A DNA stretch of 64,000 nucleotides from an uncultured Elusimicrobiales bacterium (GCA_944324095.1 CALUUY010000001.1:9599-73598); one strand, 5' to 3'. Shown: positions 10,488 to 19,690, numbered from the stretch's first letter. Notes: a model not told the origin generated them from the letters alone. Made by a program: numbers and translations.

Positions 10488-12110
10488 TTAATCCACATAT
10501 CCCCAGCCTTGCGTACCGGAAAGATCCGTCTCCGGAAAAAAGTCATTCGGGCTAGAAGAATGCCCGCCCCATATTTGCGGCACATTAAACGTGCCTTGTA
10601 CACTCTCGGTTACTTGCTGATCCGAAAATTGCTCCGGGTTGTAAACACTTAAGTCCAACGTTTCGCCTGCTTGCAGTTTGGATTTATCGCTCAAATACTC
10701 TGCACACATTCTTTCATATTCGTTTAATTTGTCATCCAAATTACCGGTCGTGCATTGGCCGCCACGATTGTATTTTAACTGTAAAGAACATTTTTCTCCC
10801 AATTCCTGGTAAGCATCTTTTACAATTTGGCAAGACTGGCGAGCCTGCGCCAAGGTGCTTCTCCAACGTGCAACCACTGCCCCGGCCGTAGAACAGCCAT
10901 CGGGAAATTTAGGAAAAGACTCTTGTAGAGCATTTACCTCATCTATCACAGACCCGGTATTTTGATTAATAAGCGGCCCCAAATTGGCAGAGGCCCGGTC
11001 GCATTCTTCTTGGCGGCGCTGCTGTTCCTGCATGGTTTCTATATCTGCCACCACAGCGTCCTCTTCCAAGTTGGCTATCACAATACCCCCGCTTGCATTA
11101 AATACTTTTTGCGGAAGTTCCTCGGCAAAAAAGCCGGCAGCCGCTAGCGTTTTTTTCAAGGGGATTTGCTGTGCGTGCCTGGAAGCCTGGCTGGTTAACC
11201 AAATATACCTAAAATCTGTTAAAGATTTTCCGGCATTTTGTAACATTAGCATAGCAGAACTGGCCCCGCCCAATTTTTTATCTAAATCGGTGGTTTGCTC
11301 CAACACAGCTTTATTCACTAAATCTGTCTTCCAATCGGTTTTACGGGCCCCCACCACCCCGCTGTTCAACCGGCGCAAAGAAGCACTGGTATCAAAACCG
11401 TCTGCCGGGTTGCGCGCAACCAAACTGGTATCCGCCCCATAATACATATCAGGCTTAGCCTCGGCCGAGGCTCGCGCATCTTTACTAAGGCCATTAATAG
11501 CGCGGCTAAAACGTACGCCCTGCATAGAGGAATCTTCATCCTGCGTTTTGGGAGCCGCGCCGGCAATATAATCACCCGCCTTGCCTTGACGGCGCAAAGA
11601 AGCATTTACGGAGCGTACATCTATCAACGAAGAAGATCCTTCCCCCACCGCCCCATAAGCAGAGGAACCGCGTTTTATAGCATCAAAACGTCCCGGCTGG
11701 GCATCAGAAAAGACCGAATAAGAATTGGCTTCTATACGTGCAATAGGCCCCCGCTCATCATCGGCCCAAAACAGCAAAGTGCCAAAAAAAGACATTGCGC
11801 TCATCTGTTCCTCGCTATATCCCATGGCACGGGCTAAGGAAGCTAACACCGGTATGTTCCCAACCGGAACCAAACTTCCTCCCCCCAAAAACAAGAGGAG
11901 CAGCAAGGCTAACCAACCATATTTTTTTAAAAATTGCTTCTTGCCACTAGCTGCAGCGGGTTTTAAACCTGGGTTTTGACGTGGCAAAACCGCCGGACGC
12001 GCCGCAGGCAACGGGCCCGAAGACGATTTTTCCGCACGGACAGACACCGGCTGTTGCTGAGCCGGTGTTTGTCCTTTAGCTGGAAAATCTGGTGGTAATT
12101 GGTCAACCAT
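10488..12110 (-). CDS. Membrane-anchored hypothetical protein (540 aa)
   Basis: Pro-rich N-terminus, TM 'YGWLALLLLLFLGGG', and a C-terminal helical region with several Cys. Confidence 0.75.
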   Translation of the reverse strand: MVDQLPPDFPAKGQTPAQQQPVSVRAEKSSSGPLPAARPAVLPRQNPGLKPAAASGKKQFLKKYGWLALLLLLFLGGGSLVPVGNIPVLASLARAMGYSEEQMSAMSFFGTLLFWADDERGPIARIEANSYSVFSDAQPGRFDAIKRGSSAYGAVGEGSSSLIDVRSVNASLRRQGKAGDYIAGAAPKTQDEDSSMQGVRFSRAINGLSKDARASAEAKPDMYYGADTSLVARNPADGFDTSASLRRLNSGVVGARKTDWKTDLVNKAVLEQTTDLDKKLGGASSAMLMLQNAGKSLTDFRYIWLTSQASRHAQQIPLKKTLAAAGFFAEELPQKVFNASGGIVIANLEEDAVVADIETMQEQQRRQEECDRASANLGPLINQNTGSVIDEVNALQESFPKFPDGCSTAGAVVARWRSTLAQARQSCQIVKDAYQELGEKCSLQLKYNRGGQCTTGNLDDKLNEYERMCAEYLSDKSKLQAGETLDLSVYNPEQFSDQQVTESVQGTFNVPQIWGGHSSSPNDFFPETDLSGTQGWGYVD

Positions 12111-12126
12111 AATATCCCCTTGTGCC

Positions 12127-12339
12127 TTACGGACGGGTGCCGTATGTATGCTGGAACTTTAAAAACTGTTCCTGCCGCTGCCTCATCTGTTCTTTTTGGG
12201 CACGATATTCGTTAAGTTGACGGGTTGCATCTTTATATTGGCCATCAAAGTACAACCAAATACTAAAACAGGTTACCACAATAACCAATAACAATGCAAA
12301 ACCTATAAAACGCCTTAATTTACGGTCAATATTTGCCAT
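12127..12339 (-). CDS. Small single-TM protein; possible immunity/chaperone partner of the upstream gene
   Basis: 70 aa, one TM then a Q/E-rich helix. GAGGG RBS. Resembles 13865..14131. Confidence 0.7.
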   Translation of the reverse strand: MANIDRKLRRFIGFALLLVIVVTCFSIWLYFDGQYKDATRQLNEYRAQKEQMRQRQEQFLKFQHTYGTRP

Positions 12340-12352
12340 AATACGCCCTCAA

Positions 12353-13843
12353 TCAACTTTGGGTTAAATCCGTATCGGACACATCTTGATTGGAGCTTTT
12401 AATACCTTGAATACTGCTTTTAGCTTGATTAAAAGCACCTTGGCCTGCGCTAATAGCTCCAGCTCCTCCAACCACTTGCCCGCCAAAAAACTTATTAATA
12501 TTAGTAACTAAGTTAGAAATACCTTTAGAAACCTTCTTAATATAAGAAATAGCCACTAACGACAACATAATGGGGCCTAAAACTAATGCCCACGTAGCAT
12601 AGGGGTTGCCGCCCCATTTTTTGATAAATTTACCGGCATCTGCCATAAATAAACCGATAGCCACACCCATAGCTACCCCAACAGCAACAGCGGCAACAGC
12701 AGCTCCCCACAAAAGGTGGTTATCTCTAAAGGCTTGCATTAATGAACCTATCGCCAACACAGCCGGGATAAGCAAGAACACCAGTGCTACTAAAGAGCGT
12801 TGCAAACGGGTACGGTCTTGCCGGCGCTGCAATTCTTCTTCCATCAAATCATCCATAGTAGTATCTAAATTATTGCGGGCAGAAATATTGGCCGCTTCAA
12901 AATCATCAGAAATGGCATTGCCTTCCGTCAATTGGCTTCCGTCATCTAACTGAATACCGCCGGAATTTTGGCTGCTGGCTAAAAAGGCACGCCCCCCTTC
13001 GTTAGCGGAGCGGTGGGTGTTTTTAGCAATCTCAGCAGAACGCTTCGTGATTTGTCTTAACGTACGGCCATCACCGGACTGCATTCCCCTCCCCACACGG
13101 GCTCCGCGGGAGGAGCCGAAAGAAGAATCCACTTCTTTAAATTTGGCACTGGCCAATAAGGTAGAGCCCTCCGGCATTGCCCCTGATAAACGGTAGGCAT
13201 TGGAAGAGCCTCCCGCTGTACCTAAAGAGTTACCGCTTCTGTTTACACTGCCCCGGGCTCCGCTACCTGAGCGGCTGGAAGCACCGCCATACATATTACC
13301 GGAAACACCGCCAGATGCCGTGGCCATTACACCGCGTTGGGCCGCAGCCGCCGCACGGGCTCCTCCGGCTGCCCCGGCTGCCGCCAAGGCCTTGCCATTG
13401 TTGGTAGAATCCCCTTTCGGGTTAAGCATTACAATATCATTATTACCACCTAAGCCTTCACTACGTCCGGCCATTCCCCGCGTTGCCGGGTTTGCCCCGG
13501 CTCCACCGGCTCCAATTCTATCCACGGCAGCCAAACTGGCGTCATCTGCGCCCCAATCGTGCCCGGCAGCGGCAGAATAAGAACCATTTACAGAAGTAAT
13601 TCCTTTCGCGCCGGCTATTTTAATGGTTTCATCAGGAGTAGAAGGAGTTTCTGCTTGGCGGCCATAAGCCCCCATTACATACCCGCGAACAGGCGCTTGC
13701 GGCTCGGAGGCGCCGCTTTTGTCTCCAATAAAATAGGCCCCGCCCACAACAGCCGCTCCTAATCCAGCAGCTAGAGCTGTTTTTTGTGCAAAACCCATTA
13801 CAATTTTGCCGGAATTGCTTTTTAAGAAATGAAGTATGTTCAT
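12353..13843 (-). CDS. Gly/Ala-rich protein with three C-terminal hydrophobic helices; paralog of 14140..15675
   Basis: GGAGG RBS before ATG 13843. Shared core 'RSAEIAKNTHRSANEGGRAFLASSQNSGGIQL'. Confidence 0.8.
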   Translation of the reverse strand: MNILHFLKSNSGKIVMGFAQKTALAAGLGAAVVGGAYFIGDKSGASEPQAPVRGYVMGAYGRQAETPSTPDETIKIAGAKGITSVNGSYSAAAGHDWGADDASLAAVDRIGAGGAGANPATRGMAGRSEGLGGNNDIVMLNPKGDSTNNGKALAAAGAAGGARAAAAAQRGVMATASGGVSGNMYGGASSRSGSGARGSVNRSGNSLGTAGGSSNAYRLSGAMPEGSTLLASAKFKEVDSSFGSSRGARVGRGMQSGDGRTLRQITKRSAEIAKNTHRSANEGGRAFLASSQNSGGIQLDDGSQLTEGNAISDDFEAANISARNNLDTTMDDLMEEELQRRQDRTRLQRSLVALVFLLIPAVLAIGSLMQAFRDNHLLWGAAVAAVAVGVAMGVAIGLFMADAGKFIKKWGGNPYATWALVLGPIMLSLVAISYIKKVSKGISNLVTNINKFFGGQVVGGAGAISAGQGAFNQAKSSIQGIKSSNQDVSDTDLTQS

Positions 13844-13864
13844 AAAATCCTCCATTACCGCCTT

Positions 13865-14131
13865 TTAATTGCCTGTTACCGCGTTGAGCGATTGGGATTG
13901 AGTGGCCGTATCTGAACGAGTTGAGTTAATATAACGATGCAAACGGTTGGCTTCTTCCTGTTGCAAAGCATATTGGGTTTCTTCCTGCTCTAAGGCGGCA
14001 GCATCAGCAAAATAACTGTTCCACCCCCATACCAACAGCACAACAAAGACAAAACAAATCAACCCATACAACAAGCCGGCCCGGTTAAAAATTTTTACTT
14101 CCTGCTCTGTTAAAATCAAATCTTCTGCCAT
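13865..14131 (-). CDS. Small single-TM protein; possible immunity/chaperone partner of the upstream gene
   Basis: 88 aa, one TM then a Q/E-rich helix. GGGGG RBS. Resembles 12127..12339. Confidence 0.7.
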   Translation of the reverse strand: MAEDLILTEQEVKIFNRAGLLYGLICFVFVVLLVWGWNSYFADAAALEQEETQYALQQEEANRLHRYINSTRSDTATQSQSLNAVTGN

Positions 14132-14139
14132 ACGCCCCC

Positions 14140-15675
14140 CTATTTGCCTTCCGCTTTTTCAGCCAGATGTTCTTGCATTTCTTGCGTGCTTACATCACTG
14201 GCCGATTTTCCTTCTTGGATGTTCAACGTAGAACCCGGCTCTGAGGACGATGCGCCGCCCGTCACGGCACCTACAGCGCCTTGTTCGGCAGAATCATCTT
14301 CTGCTCTTAGTTTCTTAACAGAGGTTGTCCAGCCAAAGGCATCCGCTAACATCCACGGGATCATTGCTGTAAAAGTAGTAATCCCCAATGCCCCCATTCG
14401 GGCACACGCCCTTAACTTCTTAGCAATTTTCTTGCCTGCGCGGGCTTCTTTACTGCGGTAGCCATATTCTTCCTCAAAAGCGGCATTAGCAGAGAAGTAA
14501 GAATTAAAATGTTTACGTACACCTCGCCAACCTGCCCAAGGAACAGCCGCAACAAAAGCTACAAAAGTCCACCCAATCAACTTACGTAATTTGGCACGCA
14601 ACTCTTTGCGTTTTTCTTTAAACAGCTCTTCAGAGTCTAAAATTTCGTCCATTTTAGTATTTAAACCGGACAGAGAGTTAGAAACATCGCCAAAGTCCTC
14701 AGAAGAGGCACTGTTTCCCACAGAAACTTCTCCTACGCCTTCTAAACGAATACCGCCCGAATTTTTGGAACTGGCCAAAAAGGCGCGGCCGGCTTCGTTG
14801 GCAGAGCGCGTATCATTTTGAGCAATCTCTGCCGAGCGTTTGGCCATCAATTCCAAGCTGTTAAAATCTTTAGAATTTTTACGTGCATTTACATCAACAC
14901 CAAAATTAGGTTTGGACAGCAAGTTGCGCGCACTGGGAATATTGGCCCCTTCTCGCCCGTCCCCCCGCACGCGGGTGTCTTCCACGTCCACCGCAGAAAC
15001 ACCCCCATTTTTACCGCTATCCACAGAGCCGGGCATACCCACATATTGGGCAGAACCGCTTCCACCCAAGCCCGCTCCGGCCATTGTGCCATTAAGGCCC
15101 CCTTTCCCGGCCATAGCGCGGGACGCAGCCCCATTTATGGCATTGCCAGCCCCAGCTGCCAAAGCGTCTGCCCGGGCTTTACCTGCAGCCGCCGCCCCTT
15201 TGGCTTGTTCAATAGCCTGCTGTTGCATAGCTTTAATTTGTTCGGGGGTCATACCTTCCAGTTTTTTATTACCTAAACCTTCATTAAGCCCACCGGCAGA
15301 AACCCCACGTGCAGAAGGTGAAGTGGCCCCCTTGTAAGCAGCACGTTCGGCTTCTTGACGGGCCAACTCCTGCTGGCGCAGGTATTCAGCCTCCCGCTGT
15401 TGCATTTCAATAGCTTTAGACGGAGCCGCCCGAAAGGAGGATAAGGTTTGGTCTTCCCGGCCATATTTACCGGTGGCGGCGCCGGAAACATACACCACTT
15501 CTTCTTGAGGTTGATACCCTAAGGAGTTAAAAGCATTATCATCCCCGGAACCGGAACCTAAAATTTGCCAAGCGGCAATACCGCCCACGCCCACCGCAGC
15601 CGACGCCACAATAGCTTGCGTAGCGGAAAGAACAACTTTACCGGTACGACTGGTTAAAAATTTAAATATCTTCAT
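14140..15675 (-). CDS. Gly/Ala-rich protein with a cationic/hydrophobic C-terminus; paralog of 12353..13843
   Basis: GGAGG RBS before ATG 15675. Shared core 'RSAEIAQNDTRSANEAGRAFLASSKNSGGIRL'. Confidence 0.8.
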   Translation of the reverse strand: MKIFKFLTSRTGKVVLSATQAIVASAAVGVGGIAAWQILGSGSGDDNAFNSLGYQPQEEVVYVSGAATGKYGREDQTLSSFRAAPSKAIEMQQREAEYLRQQELARQEAERAAYKGATSPSARGVSAGGLNEGLGNKKLEGMTPEQIKAMQQQAIEQAKGAAAAGKARADALAAGAGNAINGAASRAMAGKGGLNGTMAGAGLGGSGSAQYVGMPGSVDSGKNGGVSAVDVEDTRVRGDGREGANIPSARNLLSKPNFGVDVNARKNSKDFNSLELMAKRSAEIAQNDTRSANEAGRAFLASSKNSGGIRLEGVGEVSVGNSASSEDFGDVSNSLSGLNTKMDEILDSEELFKEKRKELRAKLRKLIGWTFVAFVAAVPWAGWRGVRKHFNSYFSANAAFEEEYGYRSKEARAGKKIAKKLRACARMGALGITTFTAMIPWMLADAFGWTTSVKKLRAEDDSAEQGAVGAVTGGASSSEPGSTLNIQEGKSASDVSTQEMQEHLAEKAEGK

Positions 15676-15724
15676 AAAAACCTCCAAACTTATCCGTTCA
15701 ATCAACAGCTCAAAAATGCTACTC

Positions 15725-16984
15725 TTATTTTTTCACTTCACTTTTATTTGTTTTATTACCAAATTGCATTGTGGGCGTATCTAAAACAGCATTGCCCAAA
15801 AAGTTACTACCCGAAGAGGCCGAACGGCACTGACTTTGAAAGAATGACGCCCCTTGGGGACTAATAGTCCACGAATTGGTGGCTCCATTATACGTCACGT
15901 ACCCATTCTTTTCAAAATCTACATTCATAACCCCTTCTGTAAGCCACGAACTGGGGGCAGGCTTACCGGCAGACAAATCAGAAAAACTTGCCCCAAAATT
16001 CTTTTTAGCATAGTGGTTGGTTTGCGCAGCAGCACTCCACTGATTAATTTTATTTCCTAAAAATTGTTTGCCTAAATCCAACCCCATTTGCATTAAACCT
16101 TGTAAAAACATTTCACCAAGGCTTTGCTCCTCTGCCAATTGTTGTGCTGCAGCTTTCTCGCGTGCCGCGGCGGCTTTTTCCTCGACAGCTTGGTCTAAAT
16201 TATTCAAATCAGCCGTTTCCCCAGTTTCATAATTAATACCATCACCATTCCCTAAAAGGGGCACCCCGCTATTCGTATTAAAATCACCGGTACCATCTAC
16301 TTTAGAACCAAATAACGCTTTTTGAGAGTCCACCGCTTTATTTGCTCCGCGGGCAGCTGCACGGCTGGCGGCATTAAAACGCGCTAAAGCCTGACGGGCG
16401 TTTTTAGGATCTACAAACGGGGCTTCTTTGCCTTTATCCTGCCGTTGAAAGGGCGAGAAATCCCCTTTTACCGTACCGCCAAAAGTGGCCGATGTATTCC
16501 CGCCGCTGGCACTGGCCATAGAACCACTGGGAGAAAAAGAACCAATCTGTGTAGGCGTACGCGGCGTAGAACTCCCTCCACGGCGGTAACCCGTATAACC
16601 ACCGGAAGAAGGTGAAGAAACGGAAGAAGAATCCTCCGTAATAGATTCTTCAGCGGCTTGTAAGGCATCCGCTTCTTGGCGTTCTTCTTTCTCTTCTTTG
16701 GAATACAAGGCTTGGGAATTATTATTCTGCATATCCGGATATTTGGCGGCTAACAGATATTGCTCTGCCTCATCATTGACAAAAGGCATCTGGGCCAAAT
16801 CATACCCGCGGCCTTGCAAGTCATCAAAAGAATCATCCGGCCCGCTACCGGCAGCCGAAGCCAATACCAAAAGAGCCGCTAAGGCAACAATAATAATTCC
16901 CCCGTAGGTATAGGCCTGTTTTTTATCCATACGGTTTAACTTGGTAAAAACTTTTCCGCTCAAAGACGATTTAAAATTAAACAT
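15725..16984 (-). CDS. Membrane-anchored Gly/Ser-rich hypothetical protein (419 aa)
   Basis: N-terminal TM 'GGIIIVALAALLVLASAA', a 'MASASGG' motif, and an amphipathic C-terminal helix. Confidence 0.78.
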   Translation of the reverse strand: MFNFKSSLSGKVFTKLNRMDKKQAYTYGGIIIVALAALLVLASAAGSGPDDSFDDLQGRGYDLAQMPFVNDEAEQYLLAAKYPDMQNNNSQALYSKEEKEERQEADALQAAEESITEDSSSVSSPSSGGYTGYRRGGSSTPRTPTQIGSFSPSGSMASASGGNTSATFGGTVKGDFSPFQRQDKGKEAPFVDPKNARQALARFNAASRAAARGANKAVDSQKALFGSKVDGTGDFNTNSGVPLLGNGDGINYETGETADLNNLDQAVEEKAAAAREKAAAQQLAEEQSLGEMFLQGLMQMGLDLGKQFLGNKINQWSAAAQTNHYAKKNFGASFSDLSAGKPAPSSWLTEGVMNVDFEKNGYVTYNGATNSWTISPQGASFFQSQCRSASSGSNFLGNAVLDTPTMQFGNKTNKSEVKK

Positions 16985-17096
16985 AACTGCCCCTTTTACA
17001 TGATATAAAAACCACTCTTGCCGGCCCGTATGCTACTTAAGCATACGCCCAAACACAGAGTTTATCTAAAAAGCCCCTTTTCAGGGTGTTACCTTT

Positions 17097-17125
17097 AGTA
17101 TAGGCAACCAAAAAGCGCTTGTCAA
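17097..17125 (-). promoter_or_regulatory. Near-consensus sigma70 promoter for the Gly-rich gene array
   Basis: TTGACA-N17-TATACT, about 110 nt upstream of ATG 16984. Confidence 0.75.
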
Positions 17126-17151
17126 GGGAAAATCCTCCCCCCAAAACTCCG

Positions 17152-17685
17152 CTAATCCGGCTGAATATAAGGCATTACGCGGTCATTTTTGCCGACAAAT
17201 TTTTTCACTTCAATTTCTCCACCGCTTTCACACAAATAATCATACCCTTTCATGCACCGGTCGTCCTCTTGGCAAACCTCATACTTATCGTAATTGCACA
17301 GGAAACGAATACGCGGCGGATTTGTAAACACGCGCAACGTAACCAACGTCCACGTACCGGAAGGCTCCACATCCAGCGTAAAACGGCGCAAACTTAAAAA
17401 GCTTTTCATACCCGGATTATTAAACCCTAAATATCCTTCCACTTTTCTTTTGATGTCTTTTTCCAAATATTGGCGGTTCCAAGTTTGCATAGAATCCGGA
17501 ACACCGGCCTGCAACTGATAACGCCGCGCCGCATAAAAAGCCGCTATTTCCATTTTTTGGTTTAATACCAATAAACCAAAAATTTTAATCACAAAAACAG
17601 CAAAAATAACAAACAGCGGAAACAGCAACACCACTTCCGTAGTAGCTTGGCCTTTGCGTTGACGTAAAAAAGACAAATTCATCAT
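17152..17685 (-). CDS. TadE-like minor pilin
   Basis: Class III signal 'RKG|QATTE' plus hydrophobic helix; TadE-type 'AAFYAARR'. Confidence 0.85.
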   Translation of the reverse strand: MMNLSFLRQRKGQATTEVVLLFPLFVIFAVFVIKIFGLLVLNQKMEIAAFYAARRYQLQAGVPDSMQTWNRQYLEKDIKRKVEGYLGFNNPGMKSFLSLRRFTLDVEPSGTWTLVTLRVFTNPPRIRFLCNYDKYEVCQEDDRCMKGYDYLCESGGEIEVKKFVGKNDRVMPYIQPD

Positions 17686-18794
17686 TACGGGTTCATCCTT
17701 ATACTATATTTAGGAAGCGGGTTAGGCCATACGCAGTTGTTGCTGCTTCTAGGGCACTGAATGCCCACTTGGGTGCGCACTTTGGGTTTGTATTTAAAAG
17801 TTAAATTAATGTCAAAATTATTCAGCGGGAGCTGATAGCTTTGTTCCAACTTGATGCCATTACGTAAGGTTTTTACTCTGTCCCGGCTGGAAGACGTCAA
17901 ATACGCAAACTGAAATAATTTTTTCTTCACATCAGTGGACATCGTTAAATCCACCGGATAGGAAGTCGTCATTGTAGAACCTATGTCTTCCGAAAAATAA
18001 GCACGAACTTTATCAATCTCAAACGGCTTTGCTTCTACATTTAAATACCTAGCGATAACAGCCGCACTTTGACGGGCGCAGTCCGACTGATTGCGGCAAG
18101 ACGGAGAATTTAAATAATAAGCTTCCCGGAACATACGCGCATTGTGGCTGGTATCTTGGAATGAAAAGGTCTGAGACTCAAAAATCTGCCCAAGCAATAA
18201 GTACACCGTTATATACTGTTTAAGAGACGGAATACCAATAGTTGTAGAAGGAAAGAAGTTAGCATCCGCAATGGCTTTGCTGGTTAACACATAGCGCCCC
18301 TCTTCATCAGGTGCCTCTGAGGGTTGTTCTTTATTCCAGTTTTTGCGTTTTTCTTGATAGTAGGCATAATCCCAATCGTTTGACTTAGGATCCGGATTGG
18401 GGTTATTCCCAGCACCAGCGCCGTGGTTAGGCCCCAAGGCAGGAAAAGCACCTGCTTGATAAAATATATCAAACACGGTATATTGCCCTTTTTCACCAGC
18501 ATGGCCTTTGGGAGACAAAAACTGCGAATTATAACTTTTCATTACCCTGTACGGCATATTGCCATTGGTATAAGCCAAAGCGTTTAAATACACCGTTAGG
18601 GAGGACATCTGGCTATAAGCCGCATTATCCAACGCAAATTGATTGCGGATCTTGTACATAGAAATTTTGGAGGTTTCAAACAACAAGTAAATAACCAATA
18701 TAAAAATGGGAGCCAGCAACACCGCAGGCAGCAAAACCTGCGCCCGGTTGTTGCTTATGGTTTTTTTACAAGTGTACCCCAAAATATTCCACAT
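17685..18794 (-). CDS. TadG-like pilus-associated protein
   Basis: 'NRA|QVLL' plus hydrophobic helix; TadG N-terminal motif 'KIRNQFALDNAAYS'. Confidence 0.75.
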   Translation of the reverse strand: MWNILGYTCKKTISNNRAQVLLPAVLLAPIFILVIYLLFETSKISMYKIRNQFALDNAAYSQMSSLTVYLNALAYTNGNMPYRVMKSYNSQFLSPKGHAGEKGQYTVFDIFYQAGAFPALGPNHGAGAGNNPNPDPKSNDWDYAYYQEKRKNWNKEQPSEAPDEEGRYVLTSKAIADANFFPSTTIGIPSLKQYITVYLLLGQIFESQTFSFQDTSHNARMFREAYYLNSPSCRNQSDCARQSAAVIARYLNVEAKPFEIDKVRAYFSEDIGSTMTTSYPVDLTMSTDVKKKLFQFAYLTSSSRDRVKTLRNGIKLEQSYQLPLNNFDINLTFKYKPKVRTQVGIQCPRSSNNCVWPNPLPKYSIRMNP

Positions 18795-18795
18795 A

Positions 18796-18972
18796 TTAGT
18801 ATCCCATCAACATACCAATAAACGAAAAGAATATTCTGACAATATCCTTATGAAACAGCGTAACAAAGGCGGAAAAGAGAGTAAGCACCGTTCCCAACAT
18901 CAGAACGTACTCAATAGTAGCCTGCCCTTTTTTACAAGAAAGGCCTGTAAGGTGCTTATTCTCTGGCAGCAC
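18796..18972 (-). CDS. Flp-type pilin (58 aa, absent from the ORF track)
   Basis: Manual translation: MLPENKHLTGLSCKKG|QATIEYVLMLGTVLTLFSAFVTLFHKDIVRIFFSFIGMLMGY. GTG start, upstream GGAG, and it fills the gap between its neighbours almost exactly. Confidence 0.85.
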   Translation of the reverse strand: MLPENKHLTGLSCKKGQATIEYVLMLGTVLTLFSAFVTLFHKDIVRIFFSFIGMLMGY

Positions 18973-18973
18973 T

Positions 18974-19663
18974 TTATTCTCCGTATTCGTCAGAAATGCG
19001 CGTCCCTTCCGAGGAAATAAGCCCCTTTTCGATGGCTTTTACTACAGCCTCGGTGCGGCTGCTTACGCCCAATTTATGAAACGCACTGTTCAAATGATTT
19101 TTAATGGTTTTAACGCTGCAATCCAATTCTTTGGCCAATTCCTTATTGCTCATCCCCTTACCCAATAAATCCATTACTTTAATTTCCGTTTTGGTTAAAG
19201 TGGCTTGGGAAGGCATAGAGCCATCACCCATTTTGCGCAGCCCGTGCAATAATTTGCCCATTAACTGCTGAGGAATCATCAACCCTTCGCTGGTAAAGGT
19301 TTTAATGGAGTTTACCAGTTCTGCCGCCGGCAACATTTTGGACAAATAACCATTGGCCCCAGCTTGAATAGCGTCCAACACATGGGCTTCGTCTTCAAAG
19401 CTCGATAACATAAGCACGTTTACTTCCGGCACGGCTAAACGAATTTGCTTGGTGGCGGAAATACCGTCCATTTTGGGTAGTTTAATATCCATGAGCACCA
19501 CGTCCGGTTTGAGTTTTTTGGCTAACGCAACGGCCTCCACACCGTCGGCCGCTTCGCCCACCACCTCAATCCACTTTTCGTTGCTCAGCACGTCTTTAAT
19601 TCCTTCGCGGAAAAGAGTTTGGTCGTCCGCAATCAACACCGACACTTTTTTCTTTTTGTTCAT
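18974..19663 (-). CDS. NarL/FixJ-family response regulator (REC + LuxR HTH)
   Basis: 'VLIADDQ', 'PDVVLMDIKLP', HTH 'GMSNKELAKELDCSVKTIKNH'. Confidence 0.93.
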   Translation of the reverse strand: MNKKKKVSVLIADDQTLFREGIKDVLSNEKWIEVVGEAADGVEAVALAKKLKPDVVLMDIKLPKMDGISATKQIRLAVPEVNVLMLSSFEDEAHVLDAIQAGANGYLSKMLPAAELVNSIKTFTSEGLMIPQQLMGKLLHGLRKMGDGSMPSQATLTKTEIKVMDLLGKGMSNKELAKELDCSVKTIKNHLNSAFHKLGVSSRTEAVVKAIEKGLISSEGTRISDEYGE

Positions 19664-19690
19664 GTGTTAGCTCCCATATCGAAGTTAAAA

